From: a virus
Lineage: Duplodnaviria > Caudoviricetes
Reading direction: 5' to 3' (one strand)
IMG/VR virus record: IMGVR_UViG_3300032462_000004
Span: 1 to 62,035 of that record
DNA: 62,035 nucleotides
Under the pieces are notes generated by a model that worked only from the letters and a program-made list of their open reading frames with translations, did no database searches and was not told the DNA's origin. A program made the translations under genes and the position numbers. Shown one piece after another: positions 46,420 to 57,094 of the stretch (the stretch's first letter is position 1; every line of letters starts with the position of its first letter).

Positions 46420-47196
46420 TTACACCCAAAGACTCTTTCGAATTTTGATTAGGCGAATCAGCATGTCTGTATCTTCCTGCTCCCATATTTCCTCCATATC
46501 ATTTATCTTATCCATCGCTGCCATGTATGAAACATAATCAGGAGCATTAACATCGAAGCTAGAATCTAAACTACCAAGTTCAAACCCCTGATAACTGTAA
46601 GTGGTCCTGGTGGCTTCTTCTCTTGCTGGTCTAAGCAAGGTCCACCAAGTATATAGTGCTAACACTTCTCGGGCGGACCTTGCTTGATCAGGCGACTGTT
46701 CATGCGGTGGCAATGCCGGATTATCCAGGGTTGCTGCCCATTCAAAATAAGCGACACCTAGTTCCGGATTCTTAAATTTAGTAAGTATGTTGTAAAAAGG
46801 CATGTACTTTTCACAAAATGTCAGGTTGCCTGACACACAATGGTTATGCCACGCGGAGTCGATTTCGACATGTTCTTTTAATAAGAAAAAAGACGCATAT
46901 AGCATTCTTTTACTAAGCTCTATATAGTCGGGTTTTAATTCCGTTTTTACAACATGGGATCTTTCCGTTGTCCTGTATATAATCCAATACTTCACATGCG
47001 CAATATTATTTACAATACGATTTATAATTTTTCTCTTTATAGTCTTGTTCAAGAGATAACGAATAGGTGCGTTTTTCTTGTATTCTCTGTTGAATAATCG
47101 CCAGCCGCGGGCAGATAACGCGCCTGGCGGGCTGTATGCCATCCAATGCTTAAATTTTTTTACTAATCTGGTTATTTTGTTCATAAAAGTGCCCAT
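46420..47196 (-). CDS. Hypothetical phage protein
   Basis: 258-aa ORF; LY.WW...RP, EDTDMLIRLIKIR..LW. Confidence 0.75.
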   Translation of the reverse strand: MGTFMNKITRLVKKFKHWMAYSPPGALSARGWRLFNREYKKNAPIRYLLNKTIKRKIINRIVNNIAHVKYWIIYRTTERSHVVKTELKPDYIELSKRMLYASFFLLKEHVEIDSAWHNHCVSGNLTFCEKYMPFYNILTKFKNPELGVAYFEWAATLDNPALPPHEQSPDQARSAREVLALYTWWTLLRPAREEATRTTYSYQGFELGSLDSSFDVNAPDYVSYMAAMDKINDMEEIWEQEDTDMLIRLIKIRKSLWV

Positions 47197-47204
47197 ATAA
47201 GCGC

Positions 47205-47233
47205 AGTATATACACTTTATATGGGCATGTCAA
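47205..47233 (-). promoter_or_regulatory. Sigma70-type promoter embedded in an 11-bp inverted repeat
   Basis: TTGACA-17-TATACT; TGCCCATATAA/TTATATGGGCA arms. Confidence 0.7.
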
Positions 47234-47237
47234 TGGA

Positions 47238-47435
47238 TCAAAAGTTATGTTTACTGACTGATACAAACTCGTTCAGTTTTGTTGCTTCGATAATTACTTC
47301 CTCGGAAGTTGGTGCGGCAGCTATATCGCCGCCGGCGTTGCCAGTAGACACTACTTGTTTCTCTTTAAGAATATTAAATGCCAATTGTAGCAAGTCTAGT
47401 CTAATCTCGTATGGGCTTTTGTTTGTCGGCTTCAT
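47238..47435 (-). CDS. Small conserved-looking phage protein
   Basis: PYEIRLDLL.LA...PT.EEVI..A.KLN.FVS. Confidence 0.65.
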   Translation of the reverse strand: MKPTNKSPYEIRLDLLQLAFNILKEKQVVSTGNAGGDIAAAPTSEEVIIEATKLNEFVSVSKHNF

Positions 47436-47450
47436 TGTGTTTCCTTTGTG

Positions 47451-48950
47451 TTATTTTCCGCTATCTAAATATGTATACTGTTGTATTGGCAGGACATCTC
47501 TGCCTACACTAATCATATATGTGTATGGGTATTTTCCATATAATACTCTGGCACTTTTCTCAAATTTCATGCTAGATAGTAATAAAAGAGCCTGTCTGAG
47601 AACCGGGACGACTGTACTATTTACATATTCCCTGATCTGAACATATCCATACGGGGCAGTTGGTGTTGGTAATGTATAATTATTCTCTGGACCAAACGGC
47701 CCTGCAATGTCGCCTCCTGGTCTTGCATCATACACATCCTTCCAGGCCGCAATTTTTGCAGGATCTGTCGATGTTCCTTCTGTGTTTGCACCACCAGCGC
47801 CGGCGGCAAGTTTCTTCCCTTCATATTGGTTCGTATTTATCCAATCTTCCACATATGTTTTTCTAAATTCTGCTACAGCGTTCGTAATCTTTATAACTAT
47901 TTTCTCTTGTGCCTTAACTGGTGGAAACAATAAATCGCTTACTTCGTCATACGTATACGGAACAATAGCGCCTGGCGGTACAGGAATCGCTTGCGCTGCA
48001 GGAGCCGTTTGTACTGGAGTTATTACAGGAACTTCTGCATTCGCAGCAACAGCAACTATTGTGGGTTGACCAGGCAATACTATTTCCTTCTTTAAGCTCA
48101 TATTGGAAACTTCTACTGCTATTACGTCAACTTGTGCTGGATTCACAGAATTTGCCATAACATTATTGATACATGGATTACTACTGGAAATAAGATTTAC
48201 AACGTCCTGCCCTTTTACAAAGTTGGAGGCTGCCGCGACGGCGTTGGCTTCTGTCACTACCGCTGCTGAAAAGTCGGTAGTAAGATTTCCAACATCGGAT
48301 TGTGCTGATGCAAACGAACCTTTTAACGATGCCACCATTGTAGGGGATGCTGTAATCGAGTTTTTAATTGCAGTTACAACCGCGGCCGGGGCATTAGCGA
48401 CATATGCCAACAATTCTTTCCCTGATGCAATAATCGGGCCACCGGCAGTCTGTATAGCTGTAATCATCGGAGCAAGTGCTCCAGATACGTCTAGTGAGGA
48501 ACCCATGGCGTTTATTTTCCCTGCAACCATTGCACCTGTTTCTGTAATAGTTTTAAAAGAATCCTTTATGGACACGGTCGGACAGTCACCTGGAGAAGGA
48601 AAGGCTTTATTAATTATGTCCGGGTATCCTGTACCTGATACAATTGCATCTATCTCAGTAACTCTTATTTGTAATGCTGCCGCACTTGATACAAACGCCA
48701 ATTGATTAGGTATTTCATTAATCTTAGCAGTAAGTTGAGTCGATATATCAGATACTGCTGTGGTCATCGACCCCGTTAATGCAGAAGGATCAAATCCAGG
48801 GTCACTAATTACCATTGCTTGACCGAAAATATCATAACTACCATTCGCGGTAGAAAAATCATTCAATTCTACTGTTGCAGGTAGTTTATATAGTGATCCT
48901 ATGCTACCTAGCGGCGTTGTAGCCGATGCTATCATTGAAGATAATGACAT
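47451..48950 (-). CDS. Putative virion structural protein
   Basis: 499 aa, Ala/Ser/Thr/Pro-rich. Confidence 0.55.
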   Translation of the reverse strand: MSLSSMIASATTPLGSIGSLYKLPATVELNDFSTANGSYDIFGQAMVISDPGFDPSALTGSMTTAVSDISTQLTAKINEIPNQLAFVSSAAALQIRVTEIDAIVSGTGYPDIINKAFPSPGDCPTVSIKDSFKTITETGAMVAGKINAMGSSLDVSGALAPMITAIQTAGGPIIASGKELLAYVANAPAAVVTAIKNSITASPTMVASLKGSFASAQSDVGNLTTDFSAAVVTEANAVAAASNFVKGQDVVNLISSSNPCINNVMANSVNPAQVDVIAVEVSNMSLKKEIVLPGQPTIVAVAANAEVPVITPVQTAPAAQAIPVPPGAIVPYTYDEVSDLLFPPVKAQEKIVIKITNAVAEFRKTYVEDWINTNQYEGKKLAAGAGGANTEGTSTDPAKIAAWKDVYDARPGGDIAGPFGPENNYTLPTPTAPYGYVQIREYVNSTVVPVLRQALLLLSSMKFEKSARVLYGKYPYTYMISVGRDVLPIQQYTYLDSGK

Positions 48951-49264
48951 TATCGACCAGTTACAATAGAACTTTTCTGTGGAACAACAATCGGAGAAAT
49001 GGTGCTTTCATAATGGTCCTGTAGCTTGGCATCCGGCTTAGCCATAATACATGGCTTAGGAATATATACTTTCTCATTCATGTTAGCCATCATCAAAAAT
49101 GGTGCAAACTGTAATCCTTTATCAGTTGATACCATTGACAATGGTTTCTCGACAATCCAGTGTGTTACGTTATCGTCTACTACCTTGCAAATAAATTCTT
49201 CGCCGCTATTCATCTTAAAAACTGAAATAGTCGGAAATGAATCTATGTGATTTTGTTTTAACAT
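48950..49264 (-). CDS. Small Sm-like-fold phage protein
   Basis: FKMNSGEEFICKV....V.KP......GL.FAPF. Confidence 0.55.
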   Translation of the reverse strand: MLKQNHIDSFPTISVFKMNSGEEFICKVVDDNVTHWIVEKPLSMVSTDKGLQFAPFLMMANMNEKVYIPKPCIMAKPDAKLQDHYESTISPIVVPQKSSIVTGR

Positions 49265-49320
49265 TATTTGTCCTTGTGTTTGTTATTCTATATTATATGC
49301 GTTTTGTTAAATATTGTCTA

Positions 49321-51885
49321 TCAGCTACATTTACCGGAGCCGCAGTTAACACATTTCTTGCATCCTTCTTCGTATACTACATTAGACGAACCGCATTCTG
49401 TACAAACTTCGCCATGCACTTTATCTCCGTCCTTAATAAACGATGCTAAGTATTTCTTAATCTGGAATAAGAAACTACCAATATAAACATCTTCTAAAGA
49501 ATCTAGTGTAGACACAATGTTCTTAATAAGGACACCATGTCTTAAATTTAAAGAAACCATTCGTGCAATTTTTGTAGCATTATCACTACCGTTAATCTTT
49601 CTTGTCACTTCGTCAATATACGTCTGAGGTATACCTTTTCTGATTGCTAAATCGGTAAGTTTTTCTATAGCATCGGATGTCGTAACATTCTTCTCATGGT
49701 GATTTGTGTGAACAAACAAAGCATGCGGACGTGTTTGGGTTTCATTCCACACTACCGACAAATACCATTTCCTGCCTTCTGCTCTCAATGTCTTCATAGA
49801 AGCTGGTGCAGATTCTGGGAGATCCACTGTGTCCAGAATAATTTCTTCGTCTGCATCTTCTGCATGCTTCTCATCCTTACCTGACAACACAGTTGCCATT
49901 GTACCAGACCTGTATGTTGTAAAGCCTTTGATGAAACCAGTGTTGTAAACTGTAAGATAAAGGTGTTTGAAGTCTTCATATGGGTAATCAAACGGAATAT
50001 TGCATGTCTTCGAACATGCTGCATCTGTCCATTGAGAAAATCCCTTCAAATCAGAGATGTGATCATGCACAGTGAGATTGGTAGTAGTTACTGCCCAATC
50101 TGCATTTGGGTCCCATTGATCTTGTGATTTCAGGAACCTAACACCATAGTCCTCGCATAATACTTCTTTAGTAAGTCCACGATTCTTATCAATCTTATAT
50201 GTTACACCTTTATAAGTACCTTTTAAGATTTCGTCATCGCCTTCCTTAGATAGTTTAAATAGTTTTGTCTCAAACCATTCGCCTTCATACCATTTAGGAG
50301 TAACATCCGCTATTTCATCTGGACACTGAGAAACAATAACAGTTCTGACATATTCCGGCATGAAGATTGGCTCGATACCACCAGATACTACGTTTGCAAG
50401 GATAGATGAATTTCCATTAGGTTGTTGACTCATTAAAGATGCATTACGAATACCTGTGGTACTCAATTTAAGTTTATATTCCTCGGACAACCCCAATTGT
50501 TTAATAAACACAGATTCGGAATGCCAATCTGGCTTACAATACTCGAACATGCCTTTCTCTACAGCCAAATCAATGGATGTTTCGTATGCAGTCTTCGAGA
50601 CAAGCTTCATTAGCTTTTCCCTGATCACTTCTGCTTCATCAGATGCAAATCTTGTCTTCAGCATAAACAATGAAGAACCCCATCCCATAATACCAAGGCC
50701 AATACGACGCTTCTTTCTCATAGAATCAATATATTCGGGCAACGGTGCCGAGGAATAAGAGTTGACATTGTCTAAGAAACGAACCATATACGCTACGTAT
50801 TTCTTAATGGCGACCCAATCGAATCCAGATCCGTCTAACTTGACGAATTGTGTCAAGTTGATAGTTCCTAGGCAACAAATGTTCCCAGGCGATAGTGTTT
50901 GCTCTCCGCAAGGATTGGTCGCAAAGATTGTTTCTGCATAGTTTAATGGATTAAAATAGTTTGCACGGTCTAGGAAAAGTACACCTGGTTCTGCACGATT
51001 ATACGTGGATTCCATGATAAGATTCCATAACCATTTTGCAGAGATGGTGTTATGCACCTTTACAGGATAGCCATGGGCCAGCCATGCTTTAATATCACCT
51101 GTCCACGACTCTTTATATTCTTTGCAAGTAGTTACAGGGAAAATCAGGTCCCATTTATCCAACTTAGCTACCTTTTCTGCAACAGCATCGGTGATATCTC
51201 CGGATTCTAGCTTGTCCATTTCCACTATGCGAGACATAAATTCATCTGTACAGTTTGCCGACACATTGAACTTTGTCAGACGTCCAGGTTGCTGCTTTGC
51301 GGTAACAAATTCAATAATATCCGGGTGCCAGACATCCATAACGCCCATCATGGCACCTTTACGAATCTTACCTTTTGCTTTTGCATTTGTAGACTTTTTA
51401 CCAGATCCTGCTGTAATAATCTCTGATGCTTTGTCAAAAAGCTCCATATATTTTACAGAACCCGGGGTTTCTACACCAATACCATTAATAAATGATCCCC
51501 TAGGACGAATATACGAAAAGTTTTCTCCCCATCCGCCTTCAGATTTTAGTGTTTGTGACTGACTCAACAAATGGCTGTAAATGCCTTCCAACGAATCGAT
51601 ATCATATTTTTCTCGGGGACCGACGAAACAATTCATTAGTGTCGTGCCAGACCATTCGGTACCAGCGTTTGACATAATCCTGCCGCCTGGCACACCTTTA
51701 AAATTTGTCAATAATTCAAAGAATCTCTTTTCCCACAACACCTTCAGTTCGTCGGTTGCTTCGACCGAAGCAATAGCTCTTGCTATTCGTCCCAATGTGT
51801 CGTTTATATCATTATCTTTATGATCTTTGTATGTAGTTTCCCATATTTCCCTAGAAAATGGATCCTGAAATACTGTTGTTGCCAT
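49321..51885 (-). CDS. nrdJ: Class II (B12-dependent) ribonucleotide reductase
   Basis: PGGRI, NCFV, EPGVLF.D, TNPCGEQ, C.LG, R.IGLG, SGGIEP, T.YR.G, C-terminal zinc ribbon; no beta subunit nearby. Confidence 0.88.
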   Translation of the reverse strand: MATTVFQDPFSREIWETTYKDHKDNDINDTLGRIARAIASVEATDELKVLWEKRFFELLTNFKGVPGGRIMSNAGTEWSGTTLMNCFVGPREKYDIDSLEGIYSHLLSQSQTLKSEGGWGENFSYIRPRGSFINGIGVETPGSVKYMELFDKASEIITAGSGKKSTNAKAKGKIRKGAMMGVMDVWHPDIIEFVTAKQQPGRLTKFNVSANCTDEFMSRIVEMDKLESGDITDAVAEKVAKLDKWDLIFPVTTCKEYKESWTGDIKAWLAHGYPVKVHNTISAKWLWNLIMESTYNRAEPGVLFLDRANYFNPLNYAETIFATNPCGEQTLSPGNICCLGTINLTQFVKLDGSGFDWVAIKKYVAYMVRFLDNVNSYSSAPLPEYIDSMRKKRRIGLGIMGWGSSLFMLKTRFASDEAEVIREKLMKLVSKTAYETSIDLAVEKGMFEYCKPDWHSESVFIKQLGLSEEYKLKLSTTGIRNASLMSQQPNGNSSILANVVSGGIEPIFMPEYVRTVIVSQCPDEIADVTPKWYEGEWFETKLFKLSKEGDDEILKGTYKGVTYKIDKNRGLTKEVLCEDYGVRFLKSQDQWDPNADWAVTTTNLTVHDHISDLKGFSQWTDAACSKTCNIPFDYPYEDFKHLYLTVYNTGFIKGFTTYRSGTMATVLSGKDEKHAEDADEEIILDTVDLPESAPASMKTLRAEGRKWYLSVVWNETQTRPHALFVHTNHHEKNVTTSDAIEKLTDLAIRKGIPQTYIDEVTRKINGSDNATKIARMVSLNLRHGVLIKNIVSTLDSLEDVYIGSFLFQIKKYLASFIKDGDKVHGEVCTECGSSNVVYEEGCKKCVNCGSGKCS

Positions 51886-51901
51886 TTACACTCCTGCTAT
51901 G

Positions 51902-52339
51902 TTAATTTATTTGTTTTATTTTTTCTTTTGAAAACCGTTGCAATACCGTAAAGTCATCGTTCAGTTCCGAGTATGTACTTACCTTGCCGATCTCATAATT
52001 TAGTATAAATTTGTTATCTATTATGGGTAACAAATACTGACCATCTGTGTCATTTACTAGGTGTAATTCCACTGATTCAGGGTCGTCTAGCATAGTTAAT
52101 GTATAGAAAATTAATAAGCTTATAGAGCTTGTGCAAAATAAATCGTGGGACAGGATTTCCCATGGTGTCGGCCAATTCTCCGGAGTATAGTAATCGATTG
52201 ATCGAGAACCGAATGGTATTGTGGAACAAAATTTCGCAACTTCATTTAATCTTTCTTCCTTAGGAAGTAAATTTATATCTGTTCGTAATTTTTTCCACAA
52301 GCGGAGGCGCTCTTCGGTTGGCAGTGATCCCCAGAACAT
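51902..52339 (-). CDS. Hypothetical phage protein
   Basis: 145-aa ORF; WPTPWE. Confidence 0.7.
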   Translation of the reverse strand: MFWGSLPTEERLRLWKKLRTDINLLPKEERLNEVAKFCSTIPFGSRSIDYYTPENWPTPWEILSHDLFCTSSISLLIFYTLTMLDDPESVELHLVNDTDGQYLLPIIDNKFILNYEIGKVSTYSELNDDFTVLQRFSKEKIKQIN

Positions 52340-52342
52340 ACT

Positions 52343-53005
52343 TTAGAATGGTAACCACTTAATGGAACTACTGCTAAATGTCAGAGATCCAGCAAAATCA
52401 TGCATATAAGAAATTTCAACTAAGGTTTGTGTTCCATCGTATTCAGTTTTAAATGTTATGCTGTTGGGCAGAACTGTATTAACTTCGGTACCTGTGTCTG
52501 ATAAGACAACCGAAGTTACGTCTGGAAATGGGGGATTCGGGATAGGCGCAAAATATGCAGTAGCAGTAATTTCTAATTGACCATTTCTCGAAAATGTAGT
52601 ACCTACTGTATTCCAGTCTGGGCTCAATACATCTGTGATGTCATATAGGATTGTAGTAAACGGTGTAGCAGTATAAGTTAATGCAGGTATTACTGTGAAT
52701 ATTGCTGCTGGCGGTAAAACTAATACTAGTGGATTTAATAATATGTTGTCCTGAGCAGGTACATCGCCAATTTCTATGTATTCACCACTTATATTACCGA
52801 TGAACATTCTTCTTGTATCTGTACACAATGCTATCTCGCCGGCTGCTAATACTCCTGGAAAATTCACAATTGTGAACGGTGGAATACTTATATATCCAGG
52901 ATCAAAGCCACCAACACCGGTGTATCCTGCAGGATACAACCCATCAAATTGAGCCTGGGTGCCTCTTCGATTCTGAATTCTTGTTACTACTACGGGTGTT
53001 GCCAT
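52343..53005 (-). CDS. Putative virion structural protein
   Basis: IQNRRG...L..GEI..CTDTRR.FIG N-terminal motif typical of fibre/tail-associated proteins; GATAAATA at 53030. Confidence 0.7.
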   Translation of the reverse strand: MATPVVVTRIQNRRGTQAQFDGLYPAGYTGVGGFDPGYISIPPFTIVNFPGVLAAGEIALCTDTRRMFIGNISGEYIEIGDVPAQDNILLNPLVLVLPPAAIFTVIPALTYTATPFTTILYDITDVLSPDWNTVGTTFSRNGQLEITATAYFAPIPNPPFPDVTSVVLSDTGTEVNTVLPNSITFKTEYDGTQTLVEISYMHDFAGSLTFSSSSIKWLPF

Positions 53006-53021
53006 GATTTAATCCTAAGTC

Positions 53022-53696
53022 TTATGGTGTATTTATCGAAATTTCAGGCAAAGAATAGTAAACATCGACTTTTTCTAACCACATAACTTGGTACTTAATA
53101 AATTCATCACCTTCGATTATAAATTCTTGATATCTGGCATCTCTTGTAGCTACCATAACAACCCCTTTCCTAATATCTGTACCATACATTTCGTTATGCG
53201 ACAAAGAGTAGGCTGCTAACTGCATAAAATAGTCTTCGATCCACTCTTTTTCCTTGGCGGACCTGCTATTCTTGTAATCCATGATAGCAGGTACGTTTTC
53301 GTGGAGGCCAACTAAGTCTGTTGTCCCGGCATACAATCCTTCTGTATAAAGCATTACCTCCGATCCCCAAATTTCAGTAATCCTGGGGAACGCTTCTTTT
53401 ATAATCAATTTTGCAAGGGCTTTGGCCATGAATGACCCAGACATTTCTTTTCCTGCAATGTAATTTTCTAAATTATTATGCATAGCTGTGCCTAAGAACC
53501 CAGCTTCAGTAACAATTTGGTCTGCTTTAGCATCTCCCACTGCACGGCGCCATTCATCCAATCCAGTCATATCCTTAGTCTTGGACAAGATAGTAGTTAC
53601 ACTAGGTAGAGAAACACCGTCTCGGACAACATATTGGCGTCCGTCTGGGCTATCAATACGTTCTAATTTTTTGTAATTGTATTTTGCTGTAATCAT
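53022..53696 (-). CDS. PD-(D/E)xK exonuclease
   Basis: PSVTTIL, GT.MH..LE, E..L, YAGTTD, IMDYK, QLAAY; start reassigned to MITAKY behind the promoter. Confidence 0.85.
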   Translation of the reverse strand: MITAKYNYKKLERIDSPDGRQYVVRDGVSLPSVTTILSKTKDMTGLDEWRRAVGDAKADQIVTEAGFLGTAMHNNLENYIAGKEMSGSFMAKALAKLIIKEAFPRITEIWGSEVMLYTEGLYAGTTDLVGLHENVPAIMDYKNSRSAKEKEWIEDYFMQLAAYSLSHNEMYGTDIRKGVVMVATRDARYQEFIIEGDEFIKYQVMWLEKVDVYYSLPEISINTP

Positions 53697-53702
53697 TAAC
53701 GA

Positions 53703-53732
53703 ATTGTAACACAAAGAGTATCACAATGTCAA
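53703..53732 (-). promoter_or_regulatory. Sigma70-type promoter
   Basis: TTGACA-18-TACAAT with TG extension. Confidence 0.6.
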
Positions 53733-53736
53733 AGAT

Positions 53737-54909
53737 TTACCAGCAAATTCTCCACTGGACAGTGTTGCCATTATCTGGATTACTTTGAATTTGGATTGTA
53801 TATTTTAATCCCTTAAAGTAAGCCAACACCGAGTTCAATTGTAATTGAATTGGTTTATTTGTTGCTGTACCTGACCACACTTGCCAATACAAGTTTGGAT
53901 TTGTACCAAATGTATTCACTGCTGTATTGATGGTAACGACTGATGGTGTTGCCGGAGGATTCGGTAAAGCTGCTGTAGGTGGATTAAGGACATTACCTGT
54001 TGCACCTGTTGTATATTGACTTCCTTGCACATTTACTGCAATAGATGCAACAGATGTTCCTGCCAGTGTCACAGTAGTCGTCGCCCCGGTTCCTGGGTCA
54101 GATATAACTAAATATGGTGGAAAAACAGCATAGCCGGCGCCCGTATTGTCAACTATCACCTGTGTGATTGTTCCAGGTATATCTGTTAAGACTGTTCCCA
54201 TAAATCCAGATCCAAGTGGGTATGGTAATAAAGGATTTAATGTAGAAACTATCTGTGCAACTGCAACACTGGCTTGATATCCCGATCCTGCATTCAAAAT
54301 AGCAACACCTACAATTTGTCCTGTAATACTTACAGAAGTAATTTGAAACACTGCATTAACATATGCAATGTTTGGAAGAACTGCTCTGGTAGCAGTAACA
54401 GTATCGCCGATTGTATATCCTGTACCTGCTGATGCAATATTTACGTTGACAATGTTTCCAGCACCGTTAACTAGCGGTTCCAGAACGGCGCCTGCGCCGA
54501 GTATAGAACTAACACTCATTGTTGCAGAGACTGGCTGATATCCTGATCCACCGTCTGTAATGTTGATTGCTAAGATATTTCCGCCGTTTGTTGTAACTGT
54601 GCCTGTTGCAATAACAGTCGGTATTACGCCAACCGGAGGAATAAAGTATACAGATGGACTATCTTCAAAATAGTCAGCGCCGCCATTAACTACTGTTACA
54701 GATGAAACACCTGTTACAAAAGTCATCGGAGTCATTCCGCCAACAATTGTACACATTTGACCGCCGCCGACTTGACACTGACTCGATGCAGCCAATATGG
54801 CTTGCTGAATCATGCAGATCTCTTCCCATACTACAGGGAAATTCGTAGCCAACTGCTCCATTGTAGAAGCAGTTGGGAATCCTGAGCCAGGGGTGCAACA
54901 ATCTGCCAT
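53737..54909 (-). CDS. Virion structural protein with I-x-I-x2-G-x-G-Y repeats
   Basis: Repeats NGGADY, DGGSGY, SAGTGY, NAGSGY, NTGAGY, VQGSQY. Confidence 0.75.
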   Translation of the reverse strand: MADCCTPGSGFPTASTMEQLATNFPVVWEEICMIQQAILAASSQCQVGGGQMCTIVGGMTPMTFVTGVSSVTVVNGGADYFEDSPSVYFIPPVGVIPTVIATGTVTTNGGNILAINITDGGSGYQPVSATMSVSSILGAGAVLEPLVNGAGNIVNVNIASAGTGYTIGDTVTATRAVLPNIAYVNAVFQITSVSITGQIVGVAILNAGSGYQASVAVAQIVSTLNPLLPYPLGSGFMGTVLTDIPGTITQVIVDNTGAGYAVFPPYLVISDPGTGATTTVTLAGTSVASIAVNVQGSQYTTGATGNVLNPPTAALPNPPATPSVVTINTAVNTFGTNPNLYWQVWSGTATNKPIQLQLNSVLAYFKGLKYTIQIQSNPDNGNTVQWRICW

Positions 54910-54914
54910 TTTTC

Positions 54915-55241
54915 TTATCCTATACTATTAGCTTTCTGTGCCATGTCAGACACTTGTGCTGCACTATCTTGGGCTACACCAGGTGCTCCGCCCTGAGCAG
55001 AGCCTTCGGGTGCAGTTAATTGAATCATTTCTGGTGTTGCGTTCATTACAACTGGGTTATTACTTAATAACGACATAATGCTGTTAACATCTACAGCATA
55101 GCCCATTTTATATAGTTGATCAACCAGTTGTTGCGTGTCGATCTGCTGAGATCCGATACCTTTTGCTCCTATAAGCAAATTAGTTAAATCTGATTCTAAG
55201 TTCTGATTGTAATCCTCTTGCAAAAGTTCTCTTGCTCTCAT
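54915..55241 (-). CDS. Hypothetical late protein
   Basis: Begins MRARELLQE. Confidence 0.65.
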   Translation of the reverse strand: MRARELLQEDYNQNLESDLTNLLIGAKGIGSQQIDTQQLVDQLYKMGYAVDVNSIMSLLSNNPVVMNATPEMIQLTAPEGSAQGGAPGVAQDSAAQVSDMAQKANSIG

Positions 55242-56596
55242 TAAGCAGACCTTGCTTCTCTGATTTTTTTAGCCTTCTCGACTAATTTCTTCATTTCAAG
55301 GATTCTTTTCTGTAATTTTGCAGATTCCATCTTCTTTGAACGGCCTAGTGGTTCTTCGCCGCCAAAATCATCTTCGGCGTCCAATTCAGCGTCGATGTTG
55401 TCTAGATCCATATCATCGCCGCCAAAATCATCTTCGGCGTCCATTGCATTTGGATCACCCATGCCAGCATCCATGCCATCCACCGGAAGATCCATGTCAG
55501 ATGGTGCATTGAATTGACCAGTTGCAGCCATATTTGAAACTGCATCATCGACTTGATTCTTTGCTGTGTACAGAGAATCCATAACACCTTGGAGAGCGCC
55601 ATAAATTTGTGTCTGGAATGCAGATGCAGATTCCATACCATATGTTTCCCTCATTTGATCTGTTACTGGTGGAAGATCTTCGTTTTGTAGACGACCAATC
55701 TTTTCTACCATTTCCTGGAGTTCCTGAGCAAAGCCTTTTGCTGCCATCATAACTTCTGCCTGGCTGACTTCTGTCTCTAATAGCCGACGAAGATTTTTTA
55801 CTAAAGTTGCATGTTCTTTCATTTTAACACCCTTCTGTTGTTCTGTTGATTCATTGTATGCCTGGCCTTGTTTCCTGGCTGCTTGTGCTGCAAATGGATC
55901 AGCTACCATTCTGCCTGTTGTTTTATCTCTTACCATCGGTACTGCCTTATCGCCACTTTGTGGAGCTAAACTTAGTTCCGGAGCATCTAATGCTTTCATT
56001 GCCAGCAGACCTTGTGGGGAGGAAGGTGCTGTAGCTGGTGCGCTACCATCGCGTTTTCCTATCTGACTCCAATCTGCATCGGCTTCGAAAACATCTGGAC
56101 CAGCCATATTTAATTCAGGTGCGCCACTACCCTGTGAATTCATACATACTGGTAATGATTTTGATCTTACTCGCTGTTCAATGATATTGTCAGCAAAACG
56201 ATACTTGCTAGATCTATAATGACCCATTGCACCTTCTACTGCACGTTCATAATGAGTCGGATTTTCGCCGGTCAGTCTGAACGTGTCTATAACAAACTTA
56301 GTAAGCCCATCTATAACCATGTCTAAGTCCGGTGATTGGAATTTACTCATCGCAAATTCTCGCAAGCTTCTCATGCCTTCTAATACAAGCAGCCTTTTCG
56401 ATATTTCCGGGGAAGCCTTTGAATCATCGCCCTTAATCTTCAATTCAGTTATTTCATCCTGGATTTGTTCCATTATAACAACTAAGTCTCTATCACTGAC
56501 ATCTTCAGATATCTTAAAACCGTAATTAGTTTCGAGGTGCTGATTTATCCTTTTGAAGGTGGTATCTGGTGCTTTACCAATATCGTTTAAGAGCAT
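55241..56596 (-). CDS. Putative head/scaffold-associated protein
   Basis: 451 aa after GATAAATA; LREF, VFEA, YNES, LLET, KMES sites; acidic low-complexity tail. Confidence 0.65.
   Translation of the reverse strand: MLLNDIGKAPDTTFKRINQHLETNYGFKISEDVSDRDLVVIMEQIQDEITELKIKGDDSKASPEISKRLLVLEGMRSLREFAMSKFQSPDLDMVIDGLTKFVIDTFRLTGENPTHYERAVEGAMGHYRSSKYRFADNIIEQRVRSKSLPVCMNSQGSGAPELNMAGPDVFEADADWSQIGKRDGSAPATAPSSPQGLLAMKALDAPELSLAPQSGDKAVPMVRDKTTGRMVADPFAAQAARKQGQAYNESTEQQKGVKMKEHATLVKNLRRLLETEVSQAEVMMAAKGFAQELQEMVEKIGRLQNEDLPPVTDQMRETYGMESASAFQTQIYGALQGVMDSLYTAKNQVDDAVSNMAATGQFNAPSDMDLPVDGMDAGMGDPNAMDAEDDFGGDDMDLDNIDAELDAEDDFGGEEPLGRSKKMESAKLQKRILEMKKLVEKAKKIREARSA
55356..55443. repeat. 28-bp direct repeat within CDS (DAEDDFGG x2)
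   Basis: TCGCCGCCAAAATCATCTTCGGCGTCCA at 55356 and 55416. Confidence 0.85.
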
Positions 56597-56644
56597 ATAA
56601 ATCGTTCCTGTAAGTTTTATTTCTTATATTTATCATTCTGGCAA

Positions 56645-57094
56645 CTATTTTACTCTTTTGAAGAACGAAATCTTATCACGCAAATCGTTAGCATGTACTT
56701 CGGCCATTTGAAATTTATCTTCCAGAATACATAGTCTTTCCATATCTTTCTTTACTTTTACTTTCCTCATACAATTTAAGTAATATGTCATGTCAGTATG
56801 ATACTTAAAAAATGAAGATTCGAGCGAAAGAACTGTCTTTAATTCTTTTCTCTGCCCTTTGGAATATTTCTGGGCAACTATAACAGCTACATCAAAGACA
56901 CAGATGTCCTTGTATATGACATCCTTACTAGAATTTAGTATGTTATAGAATCCATGTCCACTTTTCTGGACATATGCTGCATCAACTTTAATTAGTTTCT
57001 CTGGAATAGGTAAAATAGTGCCGCGCCGAATAGCGACCAGAGCAACTTTATCTGTTGCCCTGTCTATTCTGTCAAGCATGTCACTTCTGTTCAT
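56645..57094 (-). CDS. Hypothetical protein
   Basis: 149-aa ORF coupled to upstream stop. Confidence 0.65.
   Translation of the reverse strand: MNRSDMLDRIDRATDKVALVAIRRGTILPIPEKLIKVDAAYVQKSGHGFYNILNSSKDVIYKDICVFDVAVIVAQKYSKGQRKELKTVLSLESSFFKYHTDMTYYLNCMRKVKVKKDMERLCILEDKFQMAEVHANDLRDKISFFKRVK

Noticed and set aside
55356-55443. 28-bp repeat with 32-bp spacer resembling a minimal CRISPR
   Set aside because: Only two copies, in frame within a CDS encoding DAEDDFGG twice; no cas genes or leader
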